Position numbers and translations under genes: made by a program
Assembly (NCBI GenBank): GCA_024698705.1
Contig: JAILQX010000017.1
Location: 13,988 to 77,987, forward strand
DNA length: 64,000 bases
Origin: Lachnospiraceae bacterium
GTDB lineage: Bacteria; Bacillota; Clostridia; Lachnospirales; Lachnospiraceae
Direction: 5' to 3'
The notes under the pieces: generated by a model
Told to the model about the DNA's origin: nothing
The model's input: the letters and a program-made list of their open reading frames with translations, nothing else
Databases searched by the model: none
Shown here: positions 45,039 to 54,454 of the stretch, piece after piece
Layout of the letters: every line of letters starts with the position of its first letter
Position numbering within the stretch: position 1 is the stretch's first letter

Positions 45039-47306
45039 CTAATCGTGATATCTGGTGAAACTGTCTGTCCACTCAGGCTGTCTTATACTTTTATCCGGTA
45101 TGTCATATTCCATATTGTCGTTAAGTTCCATTCCGAGCTTGCGTTTCCATTGTGAATCGGTCATTCTCTCGCTTATCGGAACTTCAAACTGATAATAACT
45201 GTATACTGCGCCTTTTCCGAGGTGCAGTTCTCCGTCTATCGGAAATACGACGTACACCACATTGATACGTCCGATTGCTTCTTCAAGTACGGCACCGTTC
45301 GGATCCGTTGCCACATCCGCTACCAGTGCGGCGGGAAAATTGCTGCTTTCAGCATAGTTGCTGTCTTCAAGAGCGGATTTGTCTATCGTCATCTCCCAGA
45401 AATGTTCAAGGTTTCCTCCCATGCATCTGATCAGTTCGTAATCGTCGTCCGTCAATGCTTCATTTGTAAGTTCCTTGATCGCTATATCCTTAAGGTCATC
45501 CGAAAGCGAGCTCAGTTCGGCGAGTGCTTTTCTGTCCTGATCGGACAGGATACCGAACTTATCGAGTCCCGCACTCGTATCTGCCGTCAGTTTGGCAAGT
45601 CTTGCAAAGAGTTCCGGTTCAGGTTCCACATAACCCCTGTCATCGATCTCTTCTTCCCAACCGCCGCCCATTTCAGCCATGAACTGCTTTGAATACAGGA
45701 TCGAATCGTGTTTGAGTTCGGTCCAGCTTCCGAGGAATGTCACAAGATCTTTCTTTGTCCACTCATCATTTGTCATGAACGAAGGATAACCGTTCCCCTT
45801 CGGAACAAGCAGCGGATTTAACGTGTTGAGCCAACCGCCGTAAAGGCTCGCTGACCACAATGTATCAGGAGCATTTGCTATGCTGTCCCTGAGCATATCC
45901 ATATTTTTGCTGTAGTTCTCATACTCTGCGTTGCCGTTTTCTTCAAGGATACCGAGCGCCATATCCGAGCCCATTGCAGCCGGAACATCGAGTGCATCGG
46001 GAAGCATCCTCTTATTGCCTTGGGGGTTTGTCATAACCTTGCTGTAGCACAGTTGTGTAAATATCGCCGCATCAAGTGTAAAGCGCTGTCCCATGAACCT
46101 GTAGCCCTTGGCCATTTCCGTCTTGTCGGTCTCACCTTCATCATCCGCAAATACCATCGAATTGATCTTTGGCGGTTCCATCTCGGCAGTCAGTTTTTTG
46201 TATGTTTTATAGCCTTCCTTATCATCTATGATATCAGCGATATCGGCACCCGTGCCAAATGACTGCTCTATCACCGGCATGTATTCATAATATCCCGAAT
46301 CGTCGCTTGCTCCAGCAAAGAACGCGGTAACGCTGTATATCCTATCCCATGAAGCAAGTGCATCTTCATCCATGCACAGGTTCATGAGCAGAGCCGCCTT
46401 GTTAAGCTTCTCCTCTTTCTGTGTAAAATTACACCTGCCGAACCACATCATGGCTTTAAAATATCCCTGCAGCTGCGGTGTGCTCTCATAATAGCCCCTG
46501 ACAACATACTGAGAATAATCTTCATCGACATTGAAAATATCATTATGTCTGATCGCATCGGCCGCCTCTATTTTGTGCAGTTCGTCTTCAACATGATCGG
46601 CATAATCCGGAACATCGATATCATTTCCCATCAGCTTTGCTCCGACAGCAAAGAACTCCACATTTACTTTTGCGGCATCTTCCCAGTCGGTGCCTTTGCA
46701 TTCATCATACATGGCGACTGCTTTGTCAAACATATGCTCAGATAACTTCTTCAGATCGTCCGATAAGAAGTTGATCTCGGTATTCTTCTGAAGCGTCGAA
46801 TAATAAAGATGATAAGTATGCATCATCGAATCCGTTGTTACGAAATTCGGTGTCATATCATAACGGTTATCTTCATAGATATCGAAAAACTCATCGCCCC
46901 AGCCTTCGACAACAACAAAACAATTGTCGGCGATCGCCTGCTTCATATCATCCTGCAAATAGAACCGGCCCAGATTCGTCACATTGGACAGATCGGGCTC
47001 AACGCTGTAGGCTTCGACCGAAGGTGTGTATGACGGATCTGCCCCTTTGAAATCGACTGTCATCAGTTTTCTCTCGTACTCACCGTAATCCCGGTTTTTT
47101 ACGATTTTTATATCGTCCTTATCCTCTTTGTCGTCCTTATTATCTTTGTCCTTTTTCTTTTTGTCGGTTTTCTCCGGCTCTTCCTCAGCCACGGTGACAT
47201 CCTTATTCTGACTTCTCAGGTACAGCAAACCACCGCCGCACACAAGTACAAATGCAAGTACTCCGATAAGTATTCCAAGAACTATCTTTCCTTTTTTACT
47301 CTTCAT
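45039..47306 (-). CDS. DUF3160 domain membrane-anchored protein
   Basis: PNFVTTDSMMHTYHLYY, EDYSQYVVRGYY, YFKAMMW, GSWTELKHDSILYSKQ, GYVEP, LVADVATD; start ATG 47306. Confidence 0.85.
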   Translation of the reverse strand: MKSKKGKIVLGILIGVLAFVLVCGGGLLYLRSQNKDVTVAEEEPEKTDKKKKDKDNKDDKEDKDDIKIVKNRDYGEYERKLMTVDFKGADPSYTPSVEAYSVEPDLSNVTNLGRFYLQDDMKQAIADNCFVVVEGWGDEFFDIYEDNRYDMTPNFVTTDSMMHTYHLYYSTLQKNTEINFLSDDLKKLSEHMFDKAVAMYDECKGTDWEDAAKVNVEFFAVGAKLMGNDIDVPDYADHVEDELHKIEAADAIRHNDIFNVDEDYSQYVVRGYYESTPQLQGYFKAMMWFGRCNFTQKEEKLNKAALLMNLCMDEDALASWDRIYSVTAFFAGASDDSGYYEYMPVIEQSFGTGADIADIIDDKEGYKTYKKLTAEMEPPKINSMVFADDEGETDKTEMAKGYRFMGQRFTLDAAIFTQLCYSKVMTNPQGNKRMLPDALDVPAAMGSDMALGILEENGNAEYENYSKNMDMLRDSIANAPDTLWSASLYGGWLNTLNPLLVPKGNGYPSFMTNDEWTKKDLVTFLGSWTELKHDSILYSKQFMAEMGGGWEEEIDDRGYVEPEPELFARLAKLTADTSAGLDKFGILSDQDRKALAELSSLSDDLKDIAIKELTNEALTDDDYELIRCMGGNLEHFWEMTIDKSALEDSNYAESSNFPAALVADVATDPNGAVLEEAIGRINVVYVVFPIDGELHLGKGAVYSYYQFEVPISERMTDSQWKRKLGMELNDNMEYDIPDKSIRQPEWTDSFTRYHD

Positions 47307-47352
47307 AATACTTTCCTGACCCGAAAGGAACTTATGCGACAAACGCGGGGTA

Positions 47353-48783
47353 TCAGCCGTATAACAGCTCCTTAAGGGCTCCCTCCTCAGTTGTTTTATT
47401 AACAACCTCTGCGCCCCGCTTACCAAATATCATATCACATTCACTGCCCTTTTTGTAGGGAGACCACACCGGCATGGGGGTTCCGTCGGCGTCATTGCCG
47501 TTGGGATCACCGGTCTTCACGAAATTGCTCCAGTAATTACACATCTGTCTTGCCAGATCGTAATGTCTTCCGACAAACGGTCTCCAGCATTTGGCCAATG
47601 TTTCAAAGAAAAACCACAGTTCAACCGAATGAAAGGTTCCCGGATCGTCCCAGCCGGGAATGTCCGCATCAAATCTGTAATAATATAAAGGCAGATCGAT
47701 ACCGTTGTTTTTCCTGTCAACTGCCATCTTTTTGATAGCCCATTCAAGCGGGCTCAGATCTCCGTACTTATCAGATGTCTCAAAGAATCTGAATTCATCG
47801 GTCGTATTGCCGGCCATGATGGGAACGTTGTTGCATTTGCCTGCAACGATGGCATCATAAGGATCGCCAAAGCAGAACCTGTCATCCTTGACCGTCATAA
47901 ATCTCTTTATCATACCTGCGGGACTAAAATCATTGCCGCAATATTCGGCATATTTGTCCCTTATGTACATCGCATCGAGTTCTCTTGCTTCCTCAAGTGT
48001 ACTTACACCAAGGATTTTAAAGAACTCCTCACCTTTCCCTGCAGCTTCCTCAAGTGTATCGGGATGCCCCAGCGGAGATATTCCGTTTATGAATCTGATT
48101 ATACCGCTCTGTACGATCGCTTTTGAAAACAGCCCCTTATTGCCCGCATAGGCTATCTGCGACAGCACGCTTCCGCCTCCAGCAGACTGTCCGGCGATCG
48201 TCACATTTGACGGATCGCCGCCAAATGCCGCTATGTTACGTGATACCCATTGAAGGCCGTACTGCTGGTCCAGATTACCGAAATTCGCCGGGAAGTCAGG
48301 CTGTTCCTGTATGATCTGCGGATGAGTCATGAAGCCCATTGCCGCAACCCTGTAATTGACGGAAACCACTACGATGCCTCTTCTTGCGACACGTTCGCCG
48401 TCAAATTCCATTTCCGAAGGGTAGCCCCACTGAAGTGCTCCTCCGAAGAACCATACGACTACAGGAAGCTTCTCATCTGCTTTCTTTGCCGGTGTCCACA
48501 CATTTAAGTACAGGCAGTCCTCACTCATTTCTATGTCCGGATCTACATGCCATTCACGACAGTAAATATCCGTACCCAGTCCCGGTGTATCCTGTACCGA
48601 TATAGGTGCGAACCTGTAGCATTCCCTGACACCTTCCCATTTTGATGCGGGCTGCGGTGCTCTCCATCTGTTCTTTCCGACAGGCGGTGCCGCAAACGGG
48701 ATCCCCTTAAACGCCGTGATCCTCGGATCTGCCGCCTCTATGCCTTTTACTGTCCCGTACTCTGTTTCAACTACCCTTAACAT
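47353..48783 (-). CDS. Type-B carboxylesterase (pNB esterase-like)
   Basis: FKGIPFAAPPVG, SEDCLYLNVW, GQSAGG nucleophile elbow, FHSVE. Confidence 0.93.
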   Translation of the reverse strand: MLRVVETEYGTVKGIEAADPRITAFKGIPFAAPPVGKNRWRAPQPASKWEGVRECYRFAPISVQDTPGLGTDIYCREWHVDPDIEMSEDCLYLNVWTPAKKADEKLPVVVWFFGGALQWGYPSEMEFDGERVARRGIVVVSVNYRVAAMGFMTHPQIIQEQPDFPANFGNLDQQYGLQWVSRNIAAFGGDPSNVTIAGQSAGGGSVLSQIAYAGNKGLFSKAIVQSGIIRFINGISPLGHPDTLEEAAGKGEEFFKILGVSTLEEARELDAMYIRDKYAEYCGNDFSPAGMIKRFMTVKDDRFCFGDPYDAIVAGKCNNVPIMAGNTTDEFRFFETSDKYGDLSPLEWAIKKMAVDRKNNGIDLPLYYYRFDADIPGWDDPGTFHSVELWFFFETLAKCWRPFVGRHYDLARQMCNYWSNFVKTGDPNGNDADGTPMPVWSPYKKGSECDMIFGKRGAEVVNKTTEEGALKELLYG

Positions 48784-48837
48784 TTTGTATTTTCGACGAT
48801 CGGCGGTCCGGCTGCCGAAAGTCTACTCTCCTTTCTC

Positions 48838-50235
48838 TTATATGAATTCAATTGAACCGAGGCTGGCGTTGCCTCCGCCCACATATGTTACATATATGTC
48901 ATGAACCCCGTCCGCAAGATCCACGTCGGTCTCATATCTTTCCCAGACATTGGCATTGGGTATGTTGCAGACCTTTCCTATGACCTTTCCGTCGAGTCCG
49001 TCTCTTATCTCAATGTCCCCACCCATATAGCCTCTGACTTTTACAGCCATTTTCCTGACACCCTTGCAGTCGAATGACTTGAAGCCGGCAGTCGTACCAT
49101 CAGTCATATTGGTGATATAACCGGGATTCTCGTCGCCGTCTCTTCCTTCCTGAACTATCCTCGGCTGCTTCTCGCCTACATAAAGCTCGGGCTCCTTATT
49201 GAACAGATTACATGCGATGTATGCGGGATATTCTCCCTTTCCGATGAGCGGTCCGCCGTTTAAACCGCAGGATGTCATCATAACCTGTGCTATGTCACCG
49301 TTTTCGTCGAAATGTATCTTTTCGGCGCAGCCCTGTCTGCTGTACCAGGTTCCGTTGGTCTGCCTGTGATAGAAAATATACCAGTCATCATCTATCTGAA
49401 CTATGCTTCCGTGGTTATTACCGCCGTAAGCCATGATGCGGTCCTTATCCTTGTAGCTGTCTATGCCCACATCGGTATTGCTGACGATGACTCCGCCGTA
49501 TTCAAAGCGGCCGTCGGGGCTTTGACTCTTGGCATAGCACAATTCATGCATCCACGTTGATGAATAGATCAGATAATACCAGTCGCCTCTCTTCCTGATG
49601 GAAGGCGCTTCAAAAAACGTATGTCCTTCAAAACCCGTTCCGTCCCCGTATTCACAGCCCGGTGCGACTATCTCGGGGGCTTTTATTACAGTGAGCATAT
49701 CCTTATCGAGAACGGTATGCTGCGCTCCCGTCCTGCTCTTGTCACCGCGTCCGCAGAAACCGGTGTAGAGATGAGTTATATTTCCCTCGGTTATGACTCC
49801 GGGATCGAATTGTGGCTCATCGCCTTCCTTATCACCGAGTTTTGTTCCGTCTTCGTAATGTACATATCCGTAAAATTCATATTTGCCCGCAGGAGTATCG
49901 CAAACCGCAACGGATACTACGGAAACATGGTCAAGTACGTAGTACAGATAGTATCTTCCGTCGGGTCCGACAGTCACATCGGGCGCATACAAACACATCT
50001 TCGCATCACGGTTCAGAGGATCGTCAGTCTTTCTGTATATCACTCCCTCGTATCTCCAGTTGCCCGGATCATCTACGGGAGCCGAATAGCATACATAATC
50101 GCCCGGACAGAACACAAAGCCGTTATAGTGGTCATGCGATCCGTACACATACACTCTGCCGTTAAATACATAAGGTTCTCCGTCGGGAACATATTCCCAT
50201 GATGGTAAATACGGATTAAATGCCTGTTTTTTCAT
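48838..50235 (-). CDS. GH43 glycosidase with a C-terminal CBM6-like module
   Basis: PDGEPYVF, YAPDV, FDPGV, FFEAPS, GNNHGS; start ATG 50235. Confidence 0.9.
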   Translation of the reverse strand: MKKQAFNPYLPSWEYVPDGEPYVFNGRVYVYGSHDHYNGFVFCPGDYVCYSAPVDDPGNWRYEGVIYRKTDDPLNRDAKMCLYAPDVTVGPDGRYYLYYVLDHVSVVSVAVCDTPAGKYEFYGYVHYEDGTKLGDKEGDEPQFDPGVITEGNITHLYTGFCGRGDKSRTGAQHTVLDKDMLTVIKAPEIVAPGCEYGDGTGFEGHTFFEAPSIRKRGDWYYLIYSSTWMHELCYAKSQSPDGRFEYGGVIVSNTDVGIDSYKDKDRIMAYGGNNHGSIVQIDDDWYIFYHRQTNGTWYSRQGCAEKIHFDENGDIAQVMMTSCGLNGGPLIGKGEYPAYIACNLFNKEPELYVGEKQPRIVQEGRDGDENPGYITNMTDGTTAGFKSFDCKGVRKMAVKVRGYMGGDIEIRDGLDGKVIGKVCNIPNANVWERYETDVDLADGVHDIYVTYVGGGNASLGSIEFI

Positions 50236-50357
50236 AAATAATTTGCCTTTCTTTGCGATCTTCCCCTCTTGGTAAAACATTTTACCAAATTCAAAGAAAA
50301 AATATAACCCTTTTGCATAAAATACAAAAGGGTTAGTGGAATTTTTACAAATCTTTT

Positions 50358-51335
50358 TTATTTTTTCAGGCAATATATCCCCCAGTTTTTATTGGCGTTT
50401 CCGGCAAACCAGTAAAAGCCGTCATCGGAATCATCCGTACTGTGATCGTTGTCATCACCTTTTTTCCAATAGGGCTTCTTTCCTGTGGTGCTGACCTTAT
50501 TTTCAACACAAACCACAAAGTCGCCTTCTCTGGCCTTTGCATACCAGTCGTAGGTCCTTCCCGTGTTATCTATAGTCATGATATATACTTCGCCGTCATA
50601 ATAGCCGTTCTTGAAATTTCCGAGTACATTGACTATGCATGTCTCGCCCTTCACCTTTTCAACGTTGTAGGTGTAATGCTCCTGACCCTCGCCGTTTGGC
50701 AGATCGTTCTTGAACTGACCGTTGTACTGATGCTCAAGCACGCCTTCGTAGGTTCCTTCCACGCCCTCTTTGTCAGGGTATATCCTCAGCCAGTAACCGG
50801 TTCCTTCACGTATCCCGTTCTTCCAGTCTCCGAAATAATACGTGTCGTCGGCATATATGGCAAGTCCCCTGCCTTCGGGTTTATTATCACTGTTAACGGC
50901 ACCGTAATAATAATACTCATCCGTTCCCCTGAGTTCCCTTGAGATGTTCCTTACCCTTTCAAGCCTGATCAGATCAAATACGGCATCAAGTTTGTATTCA
51001 TCCCAGTATCCGTAAAGCTCGGCCATCTGACTGTCATCGTTTCTGACTGCCTTTAGTATCTTCTTCTCATAATGTTCTTCGTAGGTATAGCCCGATTCCA
51101 CTCCGGTCACAATCTGGGCATCCACGGGCTCGCTCTGTGCATCTGCGGGCTTCGCCTCTTTTGAAACGGCGGTCTCGGTCTCCTGTGTTTCCTTAAGTTC
51201 CACCTTCTCAACACTGTCAACGACCTTTATACGCTGATCATGCTTGCCGTCCGTCAGCAGCACTATCGCTACTATCGCTAGGATTATGATGATCGCCACA
51301 CCGCCTATGGCTATTTTTTTGTCATAATTGTTCAT
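50358..51335 (-). CDS. Membrane-anchored MORN-repeat-like protein
   Basis: N-terminal TM; YFGDWKNGIREGTG, YNGQFKNDLPNGEG, GNFKNGYYDG. Confidence 0.75.
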   Translation of the reverse strand: MNNYDKKIAIGGVAIIIILAIVAIVLLTDGKHDQRIKVVDSVEKVELKETQETETAVSKEAKPADAQSEPVDAQIVTGVESGYTYEEHYEKKILKAVRNDDSQMAELYGYWDEYKLDAVFDLIRLERVRNISRELRGTDEYYYYGAVNSDNKPEGRGLAIYADDTYYFGDWKNGIREGTGYWLRIYPDKEGVEGTYEGVLEHQYNGQFKNDLPNGEGQEHYTYNVEKVKGETCIVNVLGNFKNGYYDGEVYIMTIDNTGRTYDWYAKAREGDFVVCVENKVSTTGKKPYWKKGDDNDHSTDDSDDGFYWFAGNANKNWGIYCLKK

Positions 51336-51438
51336 GGATATAACCTCTGTCGTTTTACCTTATCTGATATGTTACATTCTAATTCTCATACTTGTAAATA
51401 TTCTGTAGAATAAATTAAGAAATTATTAAAACTTCTCC

Positions 51439-51467
51439 TTGACATTCATTTGTAAATCTAATATCAT
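51439..51467 (+). promoter_or_regulatory. Sigma-70 promoter of tRNA-Pro
   Basis: TTGACA-17 bp-TATCAT. Confidence 0.75.
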
Positions 51468-51482
51468 AGTTGACGGACGTTT

Positions 51483-51555
51483 CGGGATGTGGCTCAGGTG
51501 GTAGAGCGCCTCGTTAGGGACGAGGAGGTCGCAAGTTCAAGTCTTGTCATTCCGA
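51483..51555 (+). tRNA. tRNA-Pro (anticodon AGG)
   Basis: CGGGATG/CATTCCG acceptor stem with C1-G72 and A73 (Pro identity); GCTC/GAGC D-stem; CCTCG-TTAGGGA-CGAGG; GCAAGTTCAAGTCTTGT T-arm. Confidence 0.93.
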
Positions 51556-51564
51556 TGGATAAAG

Positions 51565-51595
51565 AAAGCCGATGACTCAGGTCATCGGCTTTTTT
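51565..51595. terminator. Bidirectional terminator after tRNA-Pro
   Basis: AAAGCCGATGAC-TCAG-GTCATCGGCTTTTT. Confidence 0.88.
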
Positions 51596-51603
51596 GTGTA
51601 TTT

Positions 51604-52527
51604 TTATTCCCAAAGCTTCACGGGATATTCTCCCTTACTTTTAAGATCCTTTATGGCTGCGCTCACAAGAGGCTTGTCTTCCTTGTAGGTAACTCCGTGC
51701 CATACATCCGGTGTGGGCAGCATCTTTGCCGTAGCCTTACCTTCATGAAGAAGTTCGTCCACAACGAAAGGAAGGAAAAATTCTCCCTTGAGCGGATTAT
51801 CCGCAAGCTTCTCATCCAAAAATACCTTGAAACGATTCTCCAGTTCGTCCAGTATCGAATGTGTGAACCCCCACATGTTCATGGATACGTAGCTGTCCTT
51901 CGGCAATCTCACCCATGTCTTACCGTCGTTCTCCGTATATTCCGCATCCTCCCCATGCTTTTCTATACGTGTACGCTCGTGTATGGTTTCCAGATAGCTG
52001 TTTTCATCGATCACACATACGCCTCTCGACACATAACCGTTCTCAGTAAGCGTATTGTGAAGTTCATATCCAACAAATGCATATCTGTACTTATCGTCAT
52101 CCTTTGCAGTCTTGAGATATTCCGCTATCTTTTCAAAACCGCCTCTTCCGTAGAAATCATCGGCATTGATAACTGCAAAATTGCCTTCTATCGCATTCTT
52201 TGCACAAAGTACGGCATGTCCCGTTCCGAAAGGTTTTTCCCTTCCTTCGGGAACGCTGTATCCTTCAGGCAGCTTATCCAGCTCCTGAAATACATATTCA
52301 ACATCGACATATCGTGCTATCTTGTCGCCTATGGCCTCTTTGAATTCCTTCTCTATGGCATGCTTAATGATAAATACAATCTTGCCGAAGCCTGCCTTTA
52401 CGGCATCGAATATACTGAAATCAATTATGATGTCGCCTTCTTCGTCAATCTTGTCTATCTGTTTGAGGCCTCCGTATCTTGAGCCCATTCCGGCTGCCAT
52501 GATAACAAGTGTCGGTTTTGGATCCAT
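51604..52527 (-). CDS. Sugar-phosphate nucleotidyltransferase family protein
   Basis: LVIMAAGMGSRYGGLKQ, GTGHAVL, VINADDFYG, VSMNMWG. Confidence 0.88.
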   Translation of the reverse strand: MDPKPTLVIMAAGMGSRYGGLKQIDKIDEEGDIIIDFSIFDAVKAGFGKIVFIIKHAIEKEFKEAIGDKIARYVDVEYVFQELDKLPEGYSVPEGREKPFGTGHAVLCAKNAIEGNFAVINADDFYGRGGFEKIAEYLKTAKDDDKYRYAFVGYELHNTLTENGYVSRGVCVIDENSYLETIHERTRIEKHGEDAEYTENDGKTWVRLPKDSYVSMNMWGFTHSILDELENRFKVFLDEKLADNPLKGEFFLPFVVDELLHEGKATAKMLPTPDVWHGVTYKEDKPLVSAAIKDLKSKGEYPVKLWE

Positions 52528-52531
52528 GGTA

Positions 52532-54313
52532 TCATATTCCTTTCATCGCAGTGAGTATCTCCTGCGTTATATTGTCCACAATACAGAAATATACACCATG
52601 TTCCTCATTCTTTTCAAGCAGTCTTGCCTTTACGTGTATCCAGAAAGTTCCGAGCGGACAGCTGATCCTGTATATCTCCTGTCCTATCGAATGATAATCC
52701 TTGAGAGAATCAAGCGATGCCATTACTCTTTCCTTGTCACGCTCCATGAAGAAATCCGTAATGTTGCACCTTAGGTTGTACATGCGTTCTCTCGTGGTAC
52801 CGAATACCTCATAGAAGCTGTCGGAAGCAAGTATGATCTCCAATTCCTCGCCTTCGCCCCTGTCACACAGAAGATAACAGTCATGCATCTCAAGGACGGC
52901 CTCGCAGTCCGAGATCACATATTCCCACCATTTGTCAGGATCTAAAACTTCCTCGTCAAAAGGTTTTGAAACAACGGGTTCTATATTGTGTTCACGATCT
53001 TTTATATATTGGATGAACTGTTTTGCGGGCATGGGCTTGGCAAAGTAGAAGCCCTGTACCATGGTGCATCCCAGGTTCTTTAAGTGTGAGACCTGTTCGG
53101 GTGTCTCTACGCCTTCAACTATGGCCGGTATTCCGAGCCATTTTGCCATATGTATGACAGCCGCAAGTATACGGTTGCTCTTTCTTTCATCATTGGATTT
53201 GTCAAGGAAGCGCAGGTCGATCTTAAGACCGTCGATCGGTACATCCTTTAACATGTTGAGTGACGAATAACCGCTTCCGAAATCGTCCATGTCAACCTCA
53301 AGTCCGTGTTGATGGAACTCTTCCATAACACTTAGCATAAGCTGCTCACTCTCGGAATATGCGCTCTCGGTAAACTCAAGTTTTAACAGATTCGGAGCTA
53401 TCGCATATTTTTTGACCAGTCCCATGAGTATATTTACAAGATCCGGATTATACAGATCTACCCTGGATACATTGACACTTATCGGCGGTACATTAACGCC
53501 GACCGACTGGGCAGAACTGATAAATTTGCACGTCTCCTCCCACACATAATAATCCAGTTTCATGATAAAACCGTTTTCCTCAAATATGTGTATGAAATCC
53601 GAGGGAGTATAATTGTCGGGGCTGTTCCATCTTACCAGTGCTTCAGCTCCTATCAGTTTCTCACCGTCAAGGTTGTGCTTTGGCTGGAAATAAACCTCGA
53701 ATTCACCGTTCATAAGAGCGGCATTCATCTTTGAGGTGATCTCAACTTCCTTAACAGCCTTGTCGTGCATCTTCTTGTCAAATATACCGACGTGGTTCAC
53801 GTAATTGCCCTTAACGGACTTTAAGGCAAGGTTGGCACGCTCACACATGCTGGAAATGCTGAGATCCCTGTTCGTAACGATATAGACACCAAAAGAGATC
53901 AGCAATTCAAAATTCAGATTGCTGGAAAACTCGGTGGCTCTTTTTTCGATCGCGGAAATGTAAGAATTGAGATTCTGTTTCGAATAAGGACATAAGAACA
54001 CGAAAAGATCTGCGTGAACCCTTGCATATATGGAATACTCGACTTCCTCAAGCACCATATTGAGCGTCTCGGCCATGTACTTCAACAGCCTGTCGCCTTC
54101 TCCCAGACCATAGATATCATTGATCATGGTCAGTCTGTTTACATCAAGCTCTACAACGGAAAAATCTATCTCAGGGTGAGCCATGATCATGGCATCGGCC
54201 TCAGACATGAAATATTCCTTTGTGTATACCTGTGTCATTGCGTCGTATTTTTTTGCGTCAAATCTAGCATTATTCACAACGGCACCCCCATAAGTAATAT
54301 ATTCCCCGAGCAA
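52532..54313 (-). CDS. GGDEF(degenerate)-EAL-PAS protein, probable c-di-GMP phosphodiesterase
   Basis: RVHADLF at the GGDEF site; AEALVRW, DDFGSGYSSL, EGVET intact. Start uncertain (TTG 54313 or GTG 54277). Confidence 0.85.
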   Translation of the reverse strand: MLGEYITYGGAVVNNARFDAKKYDAMTQVYTKEYFMSEADAMIMAHPEIDFSVVELDVNRLTMINDIYGLGEGDRLLKYMAETLNMVLEEVEYSIYARVHADLFVFLCPYSKQNLNSYISAIEKRATEFSSNLNFELLISFGVYIVTNRDLSISSMCERANLALKSVKGNYVNHVGIFDKKMHDKAVKEVEITSKMNAALMNGEFEVYFQPKHNLDGEKLIGAEALVRWNSPDNYTPSDFIHIFEENGFIMKLDYYVWEETCKFISSAQSVGVNVPPISVNVSRVDLYNPDLVNILMGLVKKYAIAPNLLKLEFTESAYSESEQLMLSVMEEFHQHGLEVDMDDFGSGYSSLNMLKDVPIDGLKIDLRFLDKSNDERKSNRILAAVIHMAKWLGIPAIVEGVETPEQVSHLKNLGCTMVQGFYFAKPMPAKQFIQYIKDREHNIEPVVSKPFDEEVLDPDKWWEYVISDCEAVLEMHDCYLLCDRGEGEELEIILASDSFYEVFGTTRERMYNLRCNITDFFMERDKERVMASLDSLKDYHSIGQEIYRISCPLGTFWIHVKARLLEKNEEHGVYFCIVDNITQEILTAMKGI

Positions 54314-54454
54314 ATGTGCTCAGACACTATAATAACATTTTTGAATATTATATTCAAGTAAACTTAAGGCAAAAATGAAAAAAATCCATCGATTTTTTGT
54401 AAATTGTCGCACAATAAACCGATGGATCTTTGATTTGTATTAAATTTTATTCAA

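Noticed and set aside
43000-51600. Prophage or ICE integrated at the tRNA genes
   Set aside because: No integrase, no direct repeat of a tRNA 3' end and no phage genes. The only copy of a tRNA end is inverted, within the terminator.
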